Of a stretch of 64,000 nt of DNA, positions 56,701-64,000 are shown piece after piece; position 1 is the first letter of the stretch, and every line of letters begins with the position of its first letter. The translations under genes and the position numbers were made by a program. Origin of the DNA: Thalia democratica (Eukaryota); the NCBI GenBank assembly GCA_965202585.1, contig OZ241833.1, positions 56,420,001-56,484,000 of the forward strand. Reading direction: 5' to 3'. Below the pieces are notes generated by a model that was not told the DNA's origin, ran no database searches, and was given only the letters and a program-made list of their open reading frames with translations.

Positions 56701-57751
56701 TATTAATATTATTTTTAATTTTCTTACACTAAAACAGACAACTTAACGAAATTTCATGATTTTTTTTTTTAATTTGTTATGAAAACTAATCAGAAAATGC
56801 AGTGTTGATTAAGTTTAACATTTTAGATCAGTTTTTACTTACACATCTATAAAAGTTACAAAATCAAGTTTTAGCTGCAGAAACCACATACACCTCTTAT
56901 TAAATTTGATTTTTTGAGGAGACTTTTAATTTTGTCAATCACAGAAATATAGCTATTATAAGAAGAGAATTTTTATTTTAAATGATTACTTTTCTAATTT
57001 TTTGAATAGTTTGGTTTTAGTCGTAGATTTAACTAAAAAATTTATACATAAGTAATTTATTTAAAAAAGGTTTTTTAATTAATTTCGTTTAGCGCATCTT
57101 CAGAACAATCTTGCTAAAAACTGATAATACTATAGTGTAAATTTAGTTATGAACAATAATTTTAGCTATACACTTTAAAATTATTGTTTATAACTAAATT
57201 TACACTATAATATTATCAGTTTTTAGCAAGATTATTCTGAGGATGCGCTAAACAAAAATAATTAATAAACCTTTTTTAAATGATTGACTTTTGTTAAAAT
57301 TTTTTAGTTTTAAATACTAAAAACTCAAAATCAGAAATTTTTTGATTAATTAAATAAGAATCGAGATATAATAAAAATTTTATATAAAAGTGGTTGTAAA
57401 ATGAGAAAAGAAAATTTTTAAATAAATCAAATACAGTTTTTTAAACAAAACGTTTTAAGTATAAGCTAACTGTGTGCTTCCATGAGGTGTTTTACGATAT
57501 TCTGAGTACGACTCCAGCACATGACGATCGTGATAGTTATGTTCTTTTTTTCCCTGCTGCCAAGCCGTTTCCTTAAAAAGATCACTTCTTGTCCCATTGC
57601 TGAGAGCCACTTCTTCTTTGCTTTGATTATGTCTTCTGTTATGTAGCTCAGTTGATGGTCTTTTTTTAGAATGGTGGTGATGATGATGGTGGTGGTGGTG
57701 ATGATGTTTATCTACCTTATTGTAAGCATTATTTTTATCATGGTGAGACAT
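41722..57751 (-). CDS. Uncharacterised protein (gene B, about 1,440 aa), paralog of gene A, with His-rich N-terminus and acidic/Ser-rich repeat tail
   Basis: Exons (- strand): 57751-57471, 56265-56171, 56042-55966, 50340-50238, 49753-49687, 49451-49288, 49036-48960, 48562-48475, 48053-47883, 46587-46480, 46048-45062, 44337-44047, 43693-42052, 41893-41722. They total 4,323 nt, are all GT-AG and in frame, and end ...SRENDY*. Confidence 0.85.
42515..43025 (-). repeat. Coding repeat in gene B: about 6.5 x 75 bp (25 aa, GLHINEIDER(Q/S)PS...)
   Basis: caatttc motifs at 42551 and 42626 show 75-bp spacing. Units alternate RQPS and RSPS, giving a 50-aa higher-order repeat. Confidence 0.85.
45500..45855 (-). 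repeat. Coding repeat in gene B: 9 x 39 bp (13 aa, APEQESLPENKLE)
   Basis: Visible in ORF 44892-45893 and in the DNA (aactttcttgttcaggtgcttcc recurring every 39 bp). Confidence 0.95.
50557..55659. mobile_element. 5.1-kb non-autonomous Mutator/foldback-type element with long modular TIRs made of 15-bp caaaatccacccgat repeats
   Basis: 9-bp TSD ATGGAAACT at 50548-50556 and 55660-55668. The element starts GG and ends CC, with repeat arrays at about 50565-51030 (+) and 55100-55650 (inverted) around an AT-rich, non-coding interior. It lies in intron 3 of gene B. Confidence 0.85.
53057..53139. repeat. Perfect 35-bp-arm hairpin
   Basis: ttcatagaaatggaaatgttattatttaccactat, a 13-nt loop, then atagtggtaaataataacatttccatttctatgaa. 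Confidence 0.9.
57060..57280. mobile_element. Fold-back palindrome of a Penelope-like 3' end with hammerhead motifs in both arms
   Basis: Arms of about 105 bp around an 11-nt loop (57165-57175). The sequence matches 63322-63420, the 3' end of the PLE at the window end. Confidence 0.8.
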
Positions 57752-59840
57752 GGCTAAAACTCTAAAACATTTAATTTGGACACACACATACAAAAACAAG
57801 ACAAGAATAAAAAAACTTGAGGTAATGAAGTTTATTTACATATTTTTGTAAAAAAGTTTTATCATACGTCATAATACTAAATGGTCGAAAAATACTCTAT
57901 GATTTTAAATAGAGCTTTTTAATACTTTTAACTGCAATCTGCTATTTTATAAAAGTAGTTTTTTTTATGATAAACTAGCGTTTTTGATTTGAAAAAAAGT
58001 GATACATTAAAATCGAATAAGATAATGTTGTTTTAATTATCATATTTTTGCGTGTTGTATAAAAACATATTAAGTTCTTGCATCTAAGATTATGTTTTAC
58101 TTAACTCATAGATAAGCAGTTATTTAGAATGTAATAAGAGTTGTATAAAAGTTTATTATATAACGTAAAAAAGCGTTAAACCCTAATGATCTTATAGGAA
58201 AATAAAAAAACTGTTTTTGTACTAAATGCTTTATTGACTGACGACGTTTCACTGCTCATAAAACTTGAACTCTACAGAGTCATATTTCCAATACAGACTT
58301 ATTATAGTTTAATTAATTCGTTAGGTAAATTAAAAACTTAAAATACATCCAGCAATAAATCTGTCTAATAAGATAGATTTACTAGAACATTATTTTTTAT
58401 CTAAAAACGTTGCTGTACAAGAAAAGTATATAGAAAGCTTGCAGCTATAAAGCTTTTAATTAAAAATACCTTAGCTTATGATAAACTATAGTTGTGTCAT
58501 ACATCAAAAAAAATTATTTGCAACTGTGAACTTGATTTTCATACTTTGTTGATTTTTAAAGACATGAGCTTATTTTATGTTGTATTTATCTACGAGTCTT
58601 TTTGAAACGTTAAGGTGTTTTCTCTAATATTTGATGGGTCAGAAAAATAAAATGCTTTTTTTCATATTTTTTATTTTAGTTATTACTTTTATTTTGATTA
58701 CATTTTAATATGTTTGGGTAAGGTGGGCTAGGGACTAGGGATAAGGGTACAAATAAAGAAAAAAAATTAAAAAAGCTATAAAAAATGTGCTGGCCCAGTA
58801 AATATTAAAGGAAAACACCTAGATGTTACAATCGGACCCGTTTTCTACTTATCAAAAACTATCTTACCAACAAATATAGCACTAGTAAAGTAGAAAGTGT
58901 TAGATAATGAATTTAGCAACACGAAATTTTAACAAATGTAGTTTATAATCTTTTTTTTTATAAAAAAGCTTAAAATTGGTATACGAGTGTATTAAAGTAC
59001 TTTAGAAAATGTTTTTATAGTTGGTTATAAAAAGTAAGATTAGAAAACTAGTAAAAGATATCCCTGTATAAAATCCAAAACAAGTACGTGTTAGAAAAAA
59101 AATAAATTATTGAAATAGTTTGTTTATTGTTAATATTTTTTCATAATTTATCTTTTTTTTTTAAATCTGTTCTTACTTTATGTATAGATAAAAAGTTTTT
59201 CGGCCAATTTATTTAGAATGACACAAAGTTTTGAGTATACAAATGAATTTTGCAAACTGTTAATCTTGAAGTCAGAGAACTTATAATACTAGTAGTTTGG
59301 TGTCAAAAAAACCTTGCATAAAAGACAAAGTTATATGCAAAAACAATATATTTCTGTTGCCACGATTAAAGACACTCTGAAAAGCATTTCTGACCTGATT
59401 TTGAAAGTACGTCAGATTCACTAGGTCAAGTTTTATGAAATTTAAAGGCATATCCAACAGAAATAAACGTTTTAAAATCAAATTAAACTCAAGCAAATAA
59501 AATTTTGAAGTTTATAAGTGTAGCAATTTAAGGCAAAGATCAGGCAGGCAGACTGCAGACGAACCAAAGAAATGTTTTTGTTATTTCTATAATTTTGTTT
59601 GGGTACTGGATGTTGAAACTATATCAATTGAAGTATAATTTAGTAAAGTCTCTGATATTATAAATACTTCTGAAAGACGGTGTACTACAAACTTTAGAGC
59701 TAGTTCAAACAGTTATAATATTCTTAGCTAATTTGTTCACATCTTGAAATTTTTAAATTCGGTCAATATTTTTATAAGAAAATATTGACTATTTTTTATA
59801 AGATCTCTTTTGTAAAACTCTTAGTATAATTGCCAAAAAT

Positions 59841-59895
59841 GGGGACGGGTCAAGTATGCACGGAGGGTTAATTTTGCATAAAGACATTTTTGCAT
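59841..59895 (+). mobile_element. Solo Mutator/foldback-type terminus related to the 37898-39525 element
   Basis: GGGGACGGGTCAAGTATGCACGG followed by ttttgcat repeats. Confidence 0.4.
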
Positions 59896-61051
59896 GAAGA
59901 GTCATTGTAAGGCTCTGCAGCGTTTAGCGGTAGAAAATGGCCTCCTTTTTCTATCTTCTCTCAAATTATCGTTCTTAAGCTTTGAGCTCGCTTAGTTTGG
60001 GCTCAGTCAGCTAGCTAGTGTTTCGACTTTGCCTTCATTTCAGCTTTATTATTTTCTTTTAAAAGATATGTGCTTCTTTTAAAAGTCGATTATTTTTAAC
60101 ATTTTCTTTTAAGTCAAAGTATTTTATTTCGTATTATTTTTCTTGTAATGCTAGTTGTATTTTTCGCACATTTATTCATTGTAAATAAAGTATAACCTTA
60201 TTGACTCGATTTCATTATATTTAAGCTTTCTAACAACCTTATAAAGCTACTTCAACAAATAATAGTTTAAGTAATCTAATTGCTTTGTAAACCTATTTCA
60301 ACAGACAGTAATTTTGGTTCAATCAACAATTATAACCTATTAGAATAATAGCATAAGTTAAATTTACACTTTATAAACCTACTTTATTAATTAACGAGAT
60401 TAGTCTAAAAAGTAGCGTAGAACTACCTAACGATATCATTATAAAGCGCATCATAGTCATAATTAAAGTATTTTATATGTACTGATGTCTAAGCTTCTAA
60501 ATAGTTTATAAACAGTACAAGTGTAAAGACTGAAGTCAGTCAGTAATGGTAAAACTTTTAAAGAAGTTTGCGAGGAAATTAATGAAAATAATAAATAAAA
60601 TAATACAACCTTAACTTGAACGCTATTAAAAGTATTTAGAAAATTAAATTTATAAAAACTTTTTAGCTCTAAAAGCTATCATAGCTTAAGTAAATCTCAA
60701 ATTAAGTCAGAGGTGATGAGTTTAAAATCAATACTAGGTAAAAATACTTTTTGGAACGCTTGTCTCCAAAATGTTTTAGTTTTTTAGAGGTATTTATAAA
60801 AGCTTTTGTATAAACAGTGATTCCTCACTTACTCTGTCTTCGTTTATACGGCCGGTTTAAGTCGAGAACAAGGTTTATTTAGTTAAGCTAAAATCAATGC
60901 TTTACAAAATATACTTGTCTAATTTTATTTAAAAAGCTAAACAAGCAGTTTATAGTAACTTTATAATTCTTTAAAAAAACTAAACTATAATTCATATTTT
61001 TCGTGCTTACGAATATAAGAATACTAATCTGAGGGCAACTCCGAACACTAA

Positions 61052-61108
61052 ATTTTAAATTGCGATGAAACCGGGTTGTATTTAAGAATGTTGCCAGGAC
61101 ATACCTTA
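61052..61108 (+). mobile_element. pogo/Tigger (Tc1-mariner) transposase fragment
   Basis: Translates ILNCDETGLYLRMLPGHTL, matching the first catalytic-Asp motif (FNxDETGL...LP..TL) of DDE_1 transposases. Confidence 0.7.
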
Positions 61109-62412
61109 AAATTATTTTTATTCCCTGAGTTTTATGCTAAGAAACAAGAAAGCTATGTCAAAAAAAACTTACATTATTTTTTGAGGAAGACTTCCAATGT
61201 TAGTAAAACTTTTTACGGTTTAATTTATTTTTGTTAAATTTAAAACTTTACAAATTCTTAGTTTGTTAAAGAAAGTTAAAATAAATTAATTGATAGAGTT
61301 AAACAAACGTGCGTCTTAATAATAGAATCGCATAATATTAATTAGGTAGATTATTTTTAAAAACGTTGTTTTGTTCTTATCTGGCCAAAGACTTGTCCGG
61401 TCTTATTTACAAACAAAGCTTGGCCAGCATGGCCGGATAAGCGAGAAAGCACTGTATTTAGAAAATTGGTGCTAATAAAAGTGATCCAAACATAGTTTCT
61501 AGGTGAAAATTTTTTATCATTTGTTTAATTGAACTTTTAGAGTTATCTTTACAGGTAAATCAGAACAATCACACCGAAAATACCATAGATAGTAAGTAAA
61601 CTATTTTTACATGTTTTAAATAACGTTAAATGTTGTTTTGTAATTTTTAATACTGTTTTTAAATCTTTTATTTTTGTATAAAAAATGACTTTGTTCTTAA
61701 TCTTGTAATCAAAAATACTAATTTTAGTTTTTTCGAAGACAAGATGCTGTTTAAAATCAATAAGCAGCTGAAATATAAAAACAACATAACATTTTATAAA
61801 GACCCACAAATTAACTAAAGATTATAGTTGCTAATCTTGGACTTCAAGAGTAGACTCATCACCCTAAACTAAAACATCATAACTTATATTATTTTAACTT
61901 TATAACTATGAATAAAAATTTCACAGACAATCTACTAATTTGTACTTGTTTAAATACATTTTAAATATCTATACAGCTTCTGTACAAAAATTCTAAGTTT
62001 TAACATTTTTTTAAAATTAAAACTGTTTTTGTGTATAAAATACTATAAATAGGATAAACTAATAGAATAAAATAATAGTTTAAACATTTAGTTACTCTTT
62101 ATACAATTGTTCGATGTTTCATATTTAATTAATTGCTATTTTTTAAAAATTCCATGTTAACAGTTTTTAGTTTTTAACTGGTTTGTTTATTCAAATATTT
62201 TTCTACAAGTAATTTTTAATTATTCAGAACTTTTTTTTTCACTATATAGTTTGATGAATGCAAAAATAGAATATAATTGAAAATTAGGTAATCTATGCTA
62301 TGACATTTATGCTAAATATTACAAAAAAAATGTTTTAAGAAATTGTTAAAAAATATTTTAACTGGATATTTTTTGCATTTAAACTTTTTTAGTTTAAAAA
62401 AGACGTCTTAGA

Positions 62413-62740
62413 GTAGAGGTGGGCAGCTTATGGCCGGCAGAGCAGAAATTTTGACCATGACATTTTTCTTAGTATGAAAACTTGTGCAAAAGAAATAAAT
62501 TTATTAAGCTCTTTTTATAACAATATTTAAAAATTGACTTTAAATTTGATTTTTAATTAGCGTTCATAAAATGTAAATGAACTTAGAACTTGGCTATTTC
62601 AGAAGTATTTATTTTATATCAGTACTACAAGTTTTAAATTTAGCTGCCCATTAAGACTTTTATAAAAAGTCTGCCTGCGAATTCTTTTATGAAAAATCCG
62701 GATCACCGACAAAAAAGAATGATGCCCTGCACACCTCTGC
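62413..62740. mobile_element. hAT-like MITE remnant
   Basis: Starts tagaggtgggcag and ends ctgcacacctctg (approximate inverted termini). Confidence 0.45.
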
Positions 62741-63321
62741 ATTTGATTATTTACAAGTTTGTGTTCATTGTTCTACTGCCAAGTGAAAAACATATAAGTG
62801 TAAAGAAGGTTCAACTATTTTGTTTTTTAACTTGTATATAAGTTTGTCTTCTATATCTGATTTATTTATAATAACAAAACAATGTTTTGCCCTGTAGGGT
62901 TTTTTAGTAATAAACTAAATCTAAAAAGAAAAACTTGCTACGAAATTAAATGAAAAACACTTTTTAAAATAATTAATGCTTGATTTTCATTAGATAGTTT
63001 AGTTTTATCTTAAAAGTCTTTTTTTTTTAAGCAAGCTAAGTTTTAGAATTTTATTTATAAAGTTTATTTTCTAGTGATGTTAATTATGAGTAAAATTAAT
63101 ATATTAATACAAAATATCTGCAAAGCTTTTAAATATTTTTATTATGGTGTGAAATTTTATATTAAAAGAGATCGAATTACATAATAACGTAAATTTTTTG
63201 ACATTTTGGTAATTCAACTTGTGACTATTTCAAAGACCTGGTTTACTAACTAAAATTTTTTGAATATTTTGATTTTGGTACTGGTTTTAATTCAAAATTT
63301 TAAACATAAGTCACTAATTTA

Positions 63322-64000
63322 AAAAAGTTTCATTAATTAATTTCGTTTAGCGCATCCTCAGAATAATCTTGTTAAAAACTGATAATATTATAGTGTAAAT
63401 TTAGTTATAAATAATAATTTTGAAATATCTAGCAAAAAAAAGTTACGTTATAAAGTATAAAAGTCTGTTTAAAAGGTTAAACTTTAAACTATACTTAGTT
63501 GGTTTGAAGTTATTTATAAGATAAACTGTTTAAAAAAAATTTAAGATAGTAGAAATTATTTACATGAAACTAAATTAAATAAAAACTACATTCAGAAATA
63601 CGAAAAAAAAGACAACAATAATACTAAAAACACGCTATTTATAAAGTTTTAAATTGTAAAAATCTCTTTGTTTGCAAATCTTTGGCTCGCGAGTTCTAAT
63701 AAACAAAGATTCTAGAACTGAGAGATGGTAGGTGTTTCTAGCTAGGGATAGAATTTCGAACCTACTATCCAGGTAGTTCTCGGCACAAACAGGGTTGTCG
63801 AGGAGGTGCTCATGGATAGATGACTGTTCGTCTTTTGGCTTCACGTCGTCATTAAAAATAAACCTTTTTAGCTTTTTCGTGACATGCTGCTCTCGCCTGA
63901 CGTGGAAACGTTGAGATGTTTGATCTACGTAGTCATTTCCGCAATGACATTTAAATATGTATACTATTTTACTCAAATCATGGGTAGGTGTTGCATCTTT
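63322..64000 (-). mobile_element. Penelope-like retroelement, 3' part (GIY-YIG endonuclease ORF plus 3' pLTR); continues beyond the window
   Basis: - strand: KDATPTHDLSKIVYIFKCHCGNDYVDQTSQRFHVRREQH...SSIHEHLLDNPVCA...HLSVLESLFIRTREPKICKQ. This shows the VY / CxC / YV(G) / R..EH signature of PLE GIY-YIG domains, with the conserved Gly replaced by Asp. Confidence 0.88.
63330..63366 (-). ncRNA. Minimal PLE-type hammerhead motif
   Basis: TTATT CTGAGGA TGCGCTAAAC GAAA TTAAT T AATGA: intact core, palindromic stem III (AUUAAU), AUU triplet and a 5-bp stem I. Confidence 0.6.

Noticed and set aside
59905-60310. Possible solo LTR starting TGTAAG
   Set aside because: No identifiable matching end, TSD or second copy in the window.

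Overview
Very AT-rich, intron-rich eukaryotic (animal) DNA. Base composition and repeat content suggest a hydrozoan such as Hydra, but that is inference. I could splice three genes by hand with GT-AG junctions and consistent phases. (1) The last six exons of a DPP4-like S9B serine peptidase (+, 1-3770). (2) A giant uncharacterised gene (+, 9036-36439, about 4,300 aa) with a tandem exon-duplication array and a 9.3-kb repeat-rich terminal exon. (3) A convergent paralog (-, 57751-41722, about 1,440 aa) sharing an unrecognised ~240-aa N-terminal domain and nearly identical exon sizes. The most striking non-coding feature is a 776-bp insertion at 38277-39052. It is built from a 327-nt monomer carrying a canonical type I hammerhead ribozyme (three copies, one inverted) and has a 16-bp target-site duplication, so it looks like a retrozyme inserted with a 5' inversion. 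The window also holds several Penelope-like (GIY-YIG) remnants, some folded back as inverted repeats with minimal hammerhead motifs, two Mutator/foldback-type elements, hAT-type MITEs and LINE and pogo fragments. All coordinates were read by eye and no searches were run.
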